From: Myxococcota bacterium
GTDB taxonomy: Bacteria; Myxococcota; XYA12-FULL-58-9; JALHOP01
DNA: 64,000 bases
NCBI GenBank assembly: GCA_041288095.1
Contig: JBGGMJ010000010.1
Coordinates: 19,581-83,580 of the forward strand
Reading direction: 5' to 3'
Below, piece by piece: positions 23,511 through 32,849 of the stretch; the first letter of the stretch is position 1; each line of letters begins with the position of its first letter. The notes beneath the pieces are model-generated. The model was not told where the DNA came from, made no database searches, and was given only the letters and a program-made list of their open reading frames with translations. Made by a program: the position numbers and the translations under genes.

Positions 23511-24506
23511 GCGGGCGGCGTTATGGACGCGGCAAAACAATCTTAGATTCTTCGGGCTCGTCTCGCCGCCGGCGGCGAACTCGTGCTTGTGGTCGAACTC
23601 GATCCAGGCGGTGGCGCTACAGCGTCTGCCGTCGGCGCTTACGTAGGTGCAGCGGTCTTGGTCGCGTTCAGAGACCTCGCGCCTGGTTGCGGCACTGGGG
23701 GCGCGGCCGGGGTCGGGAGCACGCTCGCCTTCGGTGGCGTCGATAGCGAGCTGCTTGGGCTTGTCGGTGCGACCGAGCTTGCGCTTCTCGACGGACTTAC
23801 GGGCAAGCTTGATGGCTTTGGCGACCACCTTGCCGACGTCGCCGTCGGGGACGCTGTGGCGCACGAGGTCACGCAAGCGCATGAGGTCGGCATAGGTGTC
23901 GGCGTCGATAGTGAGCTGGAGCCTGTAGTGCTCGCCGGTGAGCGGCTTGGGCATCGGCGCACGCGGAGGTGCTGGAGCTTCGACCTTGGGTTCTTCGCGT
24001 GGTGCTTCCCGCTCTGCACGCTCTGCTGCTGCCCGTTCGTTCACGGCCCAGGCGAGCCGTTCTTGTTTGTTGTCGAAGGTCACGGCGGTAACCCGTGTTT
24101 CCACCAACGGCTTCGGCTGCCACGAGGCGACCAAGCGCTCGAGCTCATCGCGGGTCTTCCCAGCAGCAGCCTTCAATCGCGCATCGGCATCAGGGCCATC
24201 GAGCGCAGGCGCGAGCACCCGCACCCCACTCACGTTGAGCGCCCCCGCCCGCAGCATCTCGAGAACAATCGGATGCTCCAGCACGACGTAGGCGACGGTC
24301 ACGTAGTGCCGCGCCACATCCTGCCCGTAGCCAATCACCTCATGGCAGTAGGCAAACAAACTCGTACATGCCGATGTCACGTAGAGCCTGCGTCGCGCGA
24401 CCTCCGCGATGTGCTCGATGATGTCTGCCACCACCGCGCGCTCGCGCAAGACGAGAGCCTTCAACGATGCAACCAAAGCCTCGGACGTTAGCGCGGATAC
24501 GTTCAT
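23475..24506 (-). CDS. HNH endonuclease with DUF222-like N-terminal region
   Basis: C-terminal RD..RCTYVSADGRRC...EFDH....GG....NLRLFCRVHN zinc-finger HNH; helical N-terminal region. Confidence 0.85.
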   Translation of the reverse strand: MNVSALTSEALVASLKALVLRERAVVADIIEHIAEVARRRLYVTSACTSLFAYCHEVIGYGQDVARHYVTVAYVVLEHPIVLEMLRAGALNVSGVRVLAPALDGPDADARLKAAAGKTRDELERLVASWQPKPLVETRVTAVTFDNKQERLAWAVNERAAAERAEREAPREEPKVEAPAPPRAPMPKPLTGEHYRLQLTIDADTYADLMRLRDLVRHSVPDGDVGKVVAKAIKLARKSVEKRKLGRTDKPKQLAIDATEGERAPDPGRAPSAATRREVSERDQDRCTYVSADGRRCSATAWIEFDHKHEFAAGGETSPKNLRLFCRVHNAARNYTTRPGAHPQ

Positions 24507-24717
24507 GGCTCATCGTACCACGGGATTTTCGAGGCCTTTCCGAGCCCCGCCACGCCCCGCAAATCACCGCGAACGCGAAAACATCCCACCCCTCCGCAAA
24601 AACGCACCAGCGTTCACGGCAATGCGCGCAGAGGCCATTCTACAGGGTCGCGACACACGAAGGCGGCTCGGTGGTGTCAGGACGCGTCAACAAAAAAGAT
24701 ACAAATCGACACGCAGA

Positions 24718-24854
24718 AAGTACGCAACGCGCCCCGGGGCGCGTACGCCATAGCGGACACAGTGCCAGCGCCCGGGTCCATCACACCCCCTCAGTGCCAA
24801 ACCACCGCGAAGACGAATAGCAACGCCAAAACGGCTCGCAGTGACCACGCAACG
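24718..24854 (+). repeat. Right arm of inverted repeat (contains palindrome GCGCCCCGGGGCGC)
   Basis: Homologous to the reverse complement of 23372-23510; ends at the egtD stop codon. Confidence 0.75.
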
Positions 24855-25859
24855 TCAAATGTCAGGCTTATCCACGCGCCAGAGCATATCCGCGAACCAC
24901 CGCTTCCGATCATACCAACGCGCCGCGACTTGAAACCCAGTCGCCGCCGCCAGCGCCTCGATGTCGCTGTCCAAGTACTTGTACGAGTACTCCGTGTGAA
25001 TCGGCTCATAGGGATCGAAGTCGAAGAAGTGCCGCAGGTCCCGCACCGTCACCGTCTGCCGCCTCTGCGACACGAGATAGCTCTCCATCGCGCCGGTGAA
25101 GACGTTGTAAGTGCCGAAATGCCGCCACGACTCGAGATCGAAATCCGCCCCGAGCTCTCGATTCAACCGCGCCAGCAAGTTGAGGTTGAAGTCCCGCGTG
25201 ATCCCTTGCTCGTCGTTGTAGGCGCGCAGGAGCACGTCGATGTCCTTCTTCAGGTCGAACCCGATGAGGACGAGATCGCCGTCCGCCAAAGCGTCCCACA
25301 TCTGTCGCAAGAACACGCGTGCGCGATCGGTGCGAAAGTTGCCGATGTTCGAGCCCAAGAAGAGCACGACTGTCCGTTCGCCGTGGGTATCGCGCAGCGA
25401 GTGGAGCCCGTCGAAGTACTCCGCGACGACGCCCGACACCTTCAACGTGGGAAAGCGCCGTCCCATCTTGTCGACGAGGCCCTGCATCGCCGCTTCCGAG
25501 ATGTCGATCGGCACGAAGGTGACCTCGCACCCGCGTTCGACGGCTTGTGACAGCAAGATGTCCGTCTTGCGTCCATCGCCGACGCCGAGATCGACGAGCT
25601 TGAAGGTCGTGTCTCCGACCGCGTCGAGGATCGCGTTCTTGCGCGCCTGCAGAATCTCGGCCTCGCAGCGTGTTGGATAATAGTCCTCGAGATCCGTGAT
25701 CCGCTGAAACAGACGACTACCCACGTCATCGTAGAAGTAACGAGAGGATAGACGGCGCGGACGCTCGGACAAGCCCAGGAGCACGTCCTGAGCGAAACGG
25801 CGCGACGCGGCGATGGCGCTGATCTCCGTGGTGTCGAGCACCCGATAGGTCTGACTCAC
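24855..25859 (-). CDS. egtD: L-histidine N-alpha-methyltransferase
   Basis: YFYDDVGSRLF..IT.LEDYYPTRCE, DLGVGDGRKT, FLGSNIGNF, AYNDEQGIT, IHTEYSYKY; GTGA overlap with egtB. Confidence 0.92.
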   Translation of the reverse strand: MSQTYRVLDTTEISAIAASRRFAQDVLLGLSERPRRLSSRYFYDDVGSRLFQRITDLEDYYPTRCEAEILQARKNAILDAVGDTTFKLVDLGVGDGRKTDILLSQAVERGCEVTFVPIDISEAAMQGLVDKMGRRFPTLKVSGVVAEYFDGLHSLRDTHGERTVVLFLGSNIGNFRTDRARVFLRQMWDALADGDLVLIGFDLKKDIDVLLRAYNDEQGITRDFNLNLLARLNRELGADFDLESWRHFGTYNVFTGAMESYLVSQRRQTVTVRDLRHFFDFDPYEPIHTEYSYKYLDSDIEALAAATGFQVAARWYDRKRWFADMLWRVDKPDI

Positions 25860-27097
25860 GGATCGCGCGCCAGACGGATCCCCGTCATCTGCCAGCGCTT
25901 GTCGGGTTGGAAGAAGTTCCGGTAGCTCGCCCGAATGTGATTCGCCGGTGTCAGGCAGGAGCCGCCCTTCAGCACCATCTGCCCGATCATGAACTTGCCG
26001 TTGTATTCTCCGAGAGCCCCCTCCGGACGCTTGTAGCCTGGGTAGGGTAGATACGCGCTTTGAGTCCATTCCCACACCTCGCCGATCATTGCGTGACTCG
26101 TTGGCTCGAAGATCATGGCGTCGAGGAGCGTCCCCTTGTCCGCTATGGCGTTGCGTTTCGCGGCGGCGTGCTCCCACTCTGCCTCGGTCGGCAGGCGTGC
26201 CTTGCGCCACGCCGCGTAGGCGTTGGCCTCGTAGTAGCTGACATGGGCGACCGGATGTTCGGGAACGAGCGGCTGTAGACCGTAGAGCGTGTGGCGCATC
26301 CAGGTGCCGTCGCGCTCGACCCAATACATCGGGCTCTTCCAGCCGCGCTCGCGGGTCGTCGCGAACCCATCTGACAGCCACAGATCGGGACGCGCATAGC
26401 CCTCGTCACGCATGAACTCGAGATAGTCGCCTTGGGTCACGAGGCGATCGGCGAGCGCGAAGGGCGCGACATACGCGCGGTGGCGGGGCTCTTCGTTGTC
26501 GAAGCAGAAACCGTTGCCATCGTGGCCGAGCTCGCTCATGCCGCCGTCGTGGAGCATGAAGCCGGGCGCCGCGGCGGCCACGCGGGGAAGCTTCGCGAGC
26601 TCGTCCTCTTTAGCGTACGCGGGAAAGATGGGCTCCTGATGGAGCACACGCTTGATGTCGGTGAGCAGGAGCTCTTGGTGCTGCTGTTCGTGATGGATGC
26701 CCACGGTAACGATTGTCGCCAGCTTCTCGAGCCGTGGCTGGTCGCACCCGGCGATTAGCTCCACCATCCGCGCGTCTACCGTCTTTCGGTAGGTCATGAT
26801 CTCGGCGACCGTGGGCCGTGAGAAACGTCCGCGTTCGGCTTGGGTTACGCGCTCGCCGATGCTGTCGTAGTAGGAGTTGAAGAGGTGCTGCGTCGCCGGG
26901 TCGAGGCGGCGGGTGCCATGGACGGCGAGCACCAAGGTTTCGAAGAACCAGGTGGTGTGCGCCAGGTGCCACTTGGGCGGGCTGACCTCCGCGGCCGGCT
27001 GGACCACGTAATCTTCCACGGCGAGCGGTGCCACCAGGCGCAGGGTCAGGTCCCGCGTCTCGCGATAGGCGCGCGTGAGGTCGTCTCGGGTCATCAC
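25856..27097 (-). CDS. egtB: Ergothioneine biosynthesis sulfoxide synthase
   Basis: SPPKWHLAHTTWFFE, HHEQQHQE, FGE-sulfatase domain RLPTEAEWE, YNGKFM, RASYRNFF. Confidence 0.93.
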   Translation of the reverse strand: MMTRDDLTRAYRETRDLTLRLVAPLAVEDYVVQPAAEVSPPKWHLAHTTWFFETLVLAVHGTRRLDPATQHLFNSYYDSIGERVTQAERGRFSRPTVAEIMTYRKTVDARMVELIAGCDQPRLEKLATIVTVGIHHEQQHQELLLTDIKRVLHQEPIFPAYAKEDELAKLPRVAAAAPGFMLHDGGMSELGHDGNGFCFDNEEPRHRAYVAPFALADRLVTQGDYLEFMRDEGYARPDLWLSDGFATTRERGWKSPMYWVERDGTWMRHTLYGLQPLVPEHPVAHVSYYEANAYAAWRKARLPTEAEWEHAAAKRNAIADKGTLLDAMIFEPTSHAMIGEVWEWTQSAYLPYPGYKRPEGALGEYNGKFMIGQMVLKGGSCLTPANHIRASYRNFFQPDKRWQMTGIRLARDP

Positions 27098-27149
27098 GTC
27101 TCCGGGGCAATTACCTAGGTAATCATCCCTGGGCGGGGTGGCGACCTAC

Positions 27150-27653
27150 TTAATGATGGTGATGGCCGCCGGGGCCGTGGGGGTGGCCATGCGCGACCTC
27201 TTCTTTGCTGGCGTCGCGGATCGACACGAGCTCGATCTTGAAGTGCAGCGTCTCGCCCGCGAGCGGATGGTTGCGGTCGATGTGCACGCTGTCCTTGTCC
27301 ACGGCGGTGACCCAAACCGGCATGATCGAGCCGTCGGGGCCTTCGGCGGTGAACTGGGCGCCTACCTCGATCTCGACGTCGGTCGGGAAGGAGTTGCGCG
27401 GCACGGCCTGGGCGGCGCGCTCGTCGCGAACGCCGTAGCCTTCTTCGGGCGGAATCTTGGCCTCGAACTTGTCGCCGATGGTCTTGCCTTCCATCTGGCG
27501 CTCGAGTCCCGGAACGATGTTTTCAGCGCCATGCAGGTACGTCATCGGCTCGCCGCCGTGCGAGCTCTCGAGCTGCGCGCCCTTCGAGTTCATCAGGGTG
27601 TAGTGAAAGCCCACGACCTTGTTGGCACCGACCACGTTCTTGCTGTTCGCCAC
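27150..27653 (-). CDS. slyD: FKBP-type peptidyl-prolyl isomerase with His-rich tail
   Basis: YLHGAENIVPGLE, PEEGYG, NHPLAGETLHF, HGHPHGPGGHHHH; AAGGAG RBS. Confidence 0.93.
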   Translation of the reverse strand: MANSKNVVGANKVVGFHYTLMNSKGAQLESSHGGEPMTYLHGAENIVPGLERQMEGKTIGDKFEAKIPPEEGYGVRDERAAQAVPRNSFPTDVEIEVGAQFTAEGPDGSIMPVWVTAVDKDSVHIDRNHPLAGETLHFKIELVSIRDASKEEVAHGHPHGPGGHHHH

Positions 27654-27829
27654 GACGCGCTCCTTATGGGCGCCGCAATATCAGGGGTTCCGCCGACCCA
27701 CAATGCAGACCCGCTCGGCGTTTTCGCGTCGCAAATCGCGACACCACCGGCCCCTCGGGCGCTTCATGGCTTGCCTAGCGCGCGTGCAGTGAGCTTTACA
27801 GCGGCACGCGCTTTGCGATGCCTCGATGC

Positions 27830-29683
27830 ATGGCGAGCGTCGTACAACTCCCCTTGTTCCACGGCGTGACGATGCGCGACCCGCGCGAGCTTCTGGCGAG
27901 CGTCTTCGGTTACCACGCGTTCCGTGGTCACCAGGCGGCCATCATCGATCACGTGGCGGCCGGTGGCGACGCCCTCGTCGTCATGCCGACAGGTGGTGGC
28001 AAGTCGCTGTGCTACCAGATCCCGGCGCTGATGCGGCCTGGTGTCGCCGTCGTGGTGTCGCCTCTCATCGCGCTGATGCAAGACCAGGTGAGCGCGCTCA
28101 AACAGCTCGGGGTTCGCGCCGCGGTGCTTAACTCGACGCTGTCGACGGGCGAGGCTTCGGCGACCGAAAACGCGATGCGCCGCGGCGAGATCGACCTCGT
28201 CTACGTCGCGCCCGAGCGCTTGGTGCTGCCGCGTTTCCTCTCGGTCATCGAGCGCTGCGATCTTGCCCTGTTCGCCATCGACGAAGCGCACTGCGTCTCG
28301 CAATGGGGCCATGACTTCCGCCCCGAATACTTGCAGCTCGCCATCCTCGCGGAGAAGTTTCCGTCGGTGCCGCGCATCGCCCTGACCGCTACGGCGGACG
28401 AGCCGACGCGCAACGACATCGTCGCCCGCTTGAGTCTCGACAAGGCGCGTCAGTTCATCAGCGGCTTCGACCGTCCGAATATTCGCTACAACGTCACGCC
28501 CAAGGCGAATCCGCGCGCTCAGCTCGCGCGGTTCCTCGCGGTGCACAAAGACGAACCGGGCATCATCTATTGTTTGTCGCGCAAGCGCGTCGACGATACG
28601 GCGGCGGCTCTGCGCGAAGAGGGCATGAACGTCCTCCCCTACCATGCCGGTCTCGATGCGAATGAACGCGCCGGGAACCAGGAACGCTTCCTCCGCGACG
28701 ACGGCATGATCATGGTCGCGACCGTCGCGTTCGGTATGGGCATCGACAAGCCGGACGTGCGCTTCGTCTTCCACGCCGATCCGCCCAAAAGCATCGAGGC
28801 CTATTATCAAGAGACCGGCCGCGCCGGCCGCGATGGAGCGCCCGCGGAAGCGCACATGCTCTACGGGTTGCAAGACATGGCCTTGCTGCGCCAGCTCCTC
28901 GCGCGCGGTAATGCCGACGACGCTCACCGGCGGGTCGAGCGTCACAAGCTGACGGCGCTCTGGGGCTACTGCGAGAGCATGCGTTGCCGGCGTCAGGTCT
29001 TGCTCGAATACTTCGGCGAGACGCGCGACGAGGCCTGCGGCAACTGTGACAGCTGCTTGTCTCCGGTGACCGGTTGGGATGGCACGGTCGCCGCGCAAAA
29101 GGCGCTATCGGCCATCTACCGCACTGGTCAGCGCTATGGCGTCGCGTATCTCGTCGACGTCCTGCGGGGCGAGACCAACGAACGCATCGAGCGCGCTGGG
29201 CACGACACGCTCGCCGTGTTCGGTATCGGCAAAGACATCGAGGCGGGCACCTGGCAGTCGGTGTTCCGGCAGCTCGTCGCCGCGGGGCTCGTCGAGGTCG
29301 ACGTCGAAGGACACGGAAGCCTCATGCTCACCAACGAGGCGCGGCCCGTGCTACGGGGCGAGAAGGCGATTACGTTCCGGCCCGATTTGCGGCCATCCGC
29401 CAAAGCGGTGCGCGGCTTCAAGCAGCCCGACGAAGACTTGGCCGATCCGAGCGACGTCGCGCTCTTCCATACGTTGCGCAGCAAGCGGCTCGAGCTCGCC
29501 AAAGCGCAGAATGTGCCTTCCTACGTCATCTTCCACGACCGCACTTTGCGCGAGATGGCGCGGCGTAAGCCCAAGAGCTTGGATGAGCTGGCGCAGGTGA
29601 GCGGTGTCGGCGCGACCAAGCTCGAGCGCTATGGGGCGGATTTCGTGGCGCTGGTCGTGGCCCATGCGCACGTTGGTGCGTAG
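27830..29683 (+). CDS. recQ: ATP-dependent DNA helicase RecQ
   Basis: MPTGGGKSLCYQ, DEAHCVSQWGHDFRP, QETGRAGRDG, RQC and HRDC domains; start is 27830 or 27872. Confidence 0.97.
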   Translation: MASVVQLPLFHGVTMRDPRELLASVFGYHAFRGHQAAIIDHVAAGGDALVVMPTGGGKSLCYQIPALMRPGVAVVVSPLIALMQDQVSALKQLGVRAAVLNSTLSTGEASATENAMRRGEIDLVYVAPERLVLPRFLSVIERCDLALFAIDEAHCVSQWGHDFRPEYLQLAILAEKFPSVPRIALTATADEPTRNDIVARLSLDKARQFISGFDRPNIRYNVTPKANPRAQLARFLAVHKDEPGIIYCLSRKRVDDTAAALREEGMNVLPYHAGLDANERAGNQERFLRDDGMIMVATVAFGMGIDKPDVRFVFHADPPKSIEAYYQETGRAGRDGAPAEAHMLYGLQDMALLRQLLARGNADDAHRRVERHKLTALWGYCESMRCRRQVLLEYFGETRDEACGNCDSCLSPVTGWDGTVAAQKALSAIYRTGQRYGVAYLVDVLRGETNERIERAGHDTLAVFGIGKDIEAGTWQSVFRQLVAAGLVEVDVEGHGSLMLTNEARPVLRGEKAITFRPDLRPSAKAVRGFKQPDEDLADPSDVALFHTLRSKRLELAKAQNVPSYVIFHDRTLREMARRKPKSLDELAQVSGVGATKLERYGADFVALVVAHAHVGA

Positions 29684-29853
29684 GGGGAACCGCCATGCGC
29701 CAGAAGCAAACGGGTCGTAATACCGATCATGCTCAGCCTCGCACGCCCGCTGACGATCGCCGTGAAGTCGTCGAAAACGACCGTGACAGCGTCGCGAACG
29801 AGGGCAATGGCCGTGCTGTCGGTGGTCATCACACCGAAGAGCTACCACGCTCG

Positions 29854-29884
29854 AAGAAAGGCGGTCGGGTGGGCGCCGACCGCC
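29854..29884 (-). terminator. Rho-independent terminator-like hairpin
   Basis: Perfect 9-bp stem GGCGGTCGG/CCGACCGCC followed by TTTCTT on the minus strand. Confidence 0.55.
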
Positions 29885-29990
29885 AGCCTAGACAACACAG
29901 CACATCTCATAACCCGCGTTGAGGTGATTCGCCGCGTCGGCGGGTTATGAGCTGCGCTGTCGCCTTCGGCGGGTATTTCGCTTCGCTAGC
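29885..29990 (-). ncRNA. Candidate structured RNA (unassigned family)
   Basis: About 21-bp stem with a perfect 12-bp core CTCATAACCCGC/GCGGGTTATGAG, directly upstream of the terminator. Confidence 0.3.
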
Positions 29991-30011
29991 TGGCCGCCAC
30001 TTGAGGCGGCA

Positions 30012-30524
30012 CTAGATGGTCAACGCACCGGTGCGCATGAGGTAGGCGAGCCGCTGGCGCTGCTCGTCATCCAGAATACCGTGCACGCGGCGAAGCGCGT
30101 CTTGCACAGCGCCACGCACGTGCTCGGCGCTCTTGACGCGCTCCTCGCCCGCGGCCTGCGCCTTGCTCTCGTCGAAGGTCGGCGACGCAAGGGCCTCCGC
30201 CATGGCGTTGACGGTGCGACGATAGTCCACGGCCGCCTGCGCGCGCTCGGTCTTGAGGTCATTCAAGATCACGGCGAGCTTCTCGACCTGCTCGTCGCTG
30301 AGCTCGAGCTTGTGCGCCATGAATCGCAGCGGTCTGCGGACGCCGAAGCTCGCGCCCTCGCCGTCGTCACCGCTCCAGCCTTCCGGCGGTCCGCGATGGC
30401 GGCTATGCGCGAAGTAGCCTTCGCGCGGGTCGCTCTCGGGCGCACCGTAGCCAGCAGCGGCATGAACATGAGCACTGGGATGACAATGATGGTGGCGGCG
30501 CCACCAATAGGGAAAACCACGCAT
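30012..30524 (-). CDS. Spy/CpxP (LTXXQ) family protein, His-rich N-terminus
   Basis: LELSDEQ and ILDDEQR motifs; GGAG RBS before ATG 30524. Confidence 0.75.
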   Translation of the reverse strand: MRGFPYWWRRHHHCHPSAHVHAAAGYGAPESDPREGYFAHSRHRGPPEGWSGDDGEGASFGVRRPLRFMAHKLELSDEQVEKLAVILNDLKTERAQAAVDYRRTVNAMAEALASPTFDESKAQAAGEERVKSAEHVRGAVQDALRRVHGILDDEQRQRLAYLMRTGALTI

Positions 30525-30623
30525 TTCACACTCCACGCGCCGGAGCAGTCGCTTCCAGCGGGGTTTGAACGGGCGCCGTCGTCAAGACTGGCGCTCGGCG
30601 CGGGCGATATGCCCGGCGCATCC

Positions 30624-32828
30624 TTAGGGTACGGGGTGCGGCGGCGTTGTCAACGTGGGCACGGCCGCCCGCGTCCAGCGCACCACGGCTTCGTGGATGA
30701 TCGCGATCTGCTGAGGCAGGCGCGACAAACGTAGCGCCAGCGTTGGTGAAACGTCGCCGACGGGCTCGAAATTCGGTAGTGGCGCCGGGCGTCGTTCGGC
30801 ACGCATGGCGTTTTCGAGGTCTCCCAGCACCAAATCGACACGCTGCCGCAATGTTTCGATACGCGATGCCGGCACGGTCGATTCGATGGCGCGAGCGGCG
30901 GCGAGCGCGCTGCACGTCGCCCCCAAGCGCCTGCCGTAGAGCAGCAAAGTCATCATCGGCTCGAGTTGCTTGTCGTCGGCCCCGATCTCGGCGAGGCGCC
31001 GCTGGAACGATGCTTCCGCGAGATTGAGCTTCAGACCGTAATGGCGGCGCGCGTCCATGAACTTCGCCTGCTGGGCCGGCGTTGGTTCGGTGAGCGCGCG
31101 CATCGCTTCGTCGAAATACGCGCGCATCGCCCGAATGGTGTCCGCGATAGCGTCAGGCAGCTGCTCCGATTCCCGTTGGGGCCAGAAGAAGCGAGACCCC
31201 ACCAGCGCCAGGACTCCACCGATGACCGTGTTGACGATACGCAGCTCCGGCAGGTGGACATCGAAGGCCCGGACCTCGGCGAGGAGGACGAACGTCGGCG
31301 TGAGGAAGAAGGCGTAGAGGCCATAGTTGAGCTGCATGACCGAGGCGCAGACGCCCGCGAGCAACGTCGCGATCACCAGCAGCGCCGACTCGTTTTGCAC
31401 GTACGCCATCATCAAGGCCGCGACGATGCCGCCGAGCGCGGTGCCCGAGACGCGTTGCAAGGTCTTCACGGCCGTCGCGACAGTGTAAGGCTGCAGCAAG
31501 ATGACGACGTTGAGCGTGACCCAGTAGCCGCGTTCGAGCCGGAAGTACTGCGTGATGATGACGGCGACGGTCGCCATGATGCAGACGCGCATGGCGTGAC
31601 GCACCTGCAGCGGGTGCGTCCGCAGCTCCTCGACGATACGCCGTGCGAGCGGCACGCGTGCCTCTTCGGTCCCGGAGGCGACTGGTGCTTGGACGAGGGG
31701 AGTCACACGGGACTCATAGAGGCGGTCGGTCGTGTCGTAGGCGTTGGCGATGCCGTCGCGCAGGCGCATCATCACCGCGGCGACGTGGCGCCGGTGCAAC
31801 GCTTCGGCGGACACCGAGTCGTCGGCGGGCGGCGCCTCGCTGCCGATGAGTGTCCAATCGATGCGCGGCTCTCCCAGGCGGCCCTCGGCTTCGATGCGGA
31901 GGGCGAGCTCGTCGAGGCACCCTTCGACGCGCTTCAAGGCGTTCCCCACGGCGGCGTGCATCTCGCCCGCGTGCGGGTCGCGGCTCGCGTTGTCGAGCAC
32001 GTCTTCGAGCGCGACGACGGCGCTGAACAAAAGATCGATGTTCTGGAGCAGCACCAAGAGCAGCGCGCCGCGGCCGCTCTCCCCGCGCCGGCCGCGCCGT
32101 GTCGCGGCGAGCACGGCGCGCGCCGCTTCGATGGTCTCGCGGATGGGCCCGTGGGCGCGCGAGACGGTGGTGAGCCAGTCAGCGGTGCCGAGCTTGTGCG
32201 CTGGCGCGTGGACCAAGCGCGCGTGCGCGGCGACTGCCTGATAGCAGCGCGCCACCGCCATGCGCGCCGGGCGGTAGACGCGCACCGGCCAGAAGAACAG
32301 GGCGAGCAACATCGCCCACGCACCGCCAGCGAGCGTCGCGAGCCCACGCTCGAGCACGACTCCGAGCTCCGGTCCTTCTGGGGGATAGCCGAGCGAGATG
32401 CAGAAGAGCACCGCGGTTGTTACCCCGCCCGCGGCGGCGACCGGGCTCAAGACGCCGACGAGATTGAAGAGCGCCGCGCACACGAACATGGCGAGCGGCG
32501 CGAGCCAGACCACCTCCTCGGAGACACCACCGACGAGCGCCCCGAGGGCCACCGCGAAGGCGCTGGCCAGGGTGATGCCGCCCATGGTCTGCGCCCGCGT
32601 GCGGTAGGAACCTCCCTTGTCCGCGATAGCAAGCATGAAGCCCGCCGTGCTCATCCAGGTCGTCGACGTCGGGCTCACCATGGGCCCAACGACCAGCGGC
32701 ACGACGGTGGCGAGCGCGGTGCGCACGCCGAGCATGAGAGCCGGCTTGCCGGGCGCGAAAGCCAACATCGCGCGGATCTGATGACCTAGCTGCTGTCGGA
32801 GCTCGGAGACGTTCGAGAGCAGGCTCAC
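30624..32828 (-). CDS. FUSC family (YccS/YhfK-like) membrane protein
   Basis: N-terminal TM bundle; RHAMRV..RGYWV..ILLQP..QRVSGT..GG FUSC motifs. Confidence 0.9.
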   Translation of the reverse strand: MSLLSNVSELRQQLGHQIRAMLAFAPGKPALMLGVRTALATVVPLVVGPMVSPTSTTWMSTAGFMLAIADKGGSYRTRAQTMGGITLASAFAVALGALVGGVSEEVVWLAPLAMFVCAALFNLVGVLSPVAAAGGVTTAVLFCISLGYPPEGPELGVVLERGLATLAGGAWAMLLALFFWPVRVYRPARMAVARCYQAVAAHARLVHAPAHKLGTADWLTTVSRAHGPIRETIEAARAVLAATRRGRRGESGRGALLLVLLQNIDLLFSAVVALEDVLDNASRDPHAGEMHAAVGNALKRVEGCLDELALRIEAEGRLGEPRIDWTLIGSEAPPADDSVSAEALHRRHVAAVMMRLRDGIANAYDTTDRLYESRVTPLVQAPVASGTEEARVPLARRIVEELRTHPLQVRHAMRVCIMATVAVIITQYFRLERGYWVTLNVVILLQPYTVATAVKTLQRVSGTALGGIVAALMMAYVQNESALLVIATLLAGVCASVMQLNYGLYAFFLTPTFVLLAEVRAFDVHLPELRIVNTVIGGVLALVGSRFFWPQRESEQLPDAIADTIRAMRAYFDEAMRALTEPTPAQQAKFMDARRHYGLKLNLAEASFQRRLAEIGADDKQLEPMMTLLLYGRRLGATCSALAAARAIESTVPASRIETLRQRVDLVLGDLENAMRAERRPAPLPNFEPVGDVSPTLALRLSRLPQQIAIIHEAVVRWTRAAVPTLTTPPHPVP

Positions 32829-32849
32829 GGTGTCGCCACCGCGGCGGCG

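Larger units (their letters stand above)
23372..24854 (-). mobile_element. Putative HNH-carrying selfish element bounded by ~135-bp imperfect inverted repeats
   Basis: Left arm 23372-23510 and right arm 24718-24854 are reverse-complement homologues; the element fills the gap between two convergent stops. Confidence 0.55.

Noticed and set aside
23475-24506. IscB/HEARO or Cas9-like RNA-guided nuclease
   Set aside because: No PLMP or RuvC motifs; HNH is C-terminal after a DUF222-like region
24855-27097. Selenoneine (senA) pathway
   Set aside because: EgtB is coupled to egtD and no senB/selD-like genes are adjacent; ordinary ergothioneine is the simpler call
29629-29832. 67-aa minus-strand ORF as a confident gene
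   Set aside because: Overlaps the recQ end, no clear RBS or motif; mentioned only as context for the RNA candidate
29885-29990. Assignment to Pxr, 6S, SRP or a glycine riboswitch
   Set aside because: Diagnostic conserved motifs not found; left unassigned
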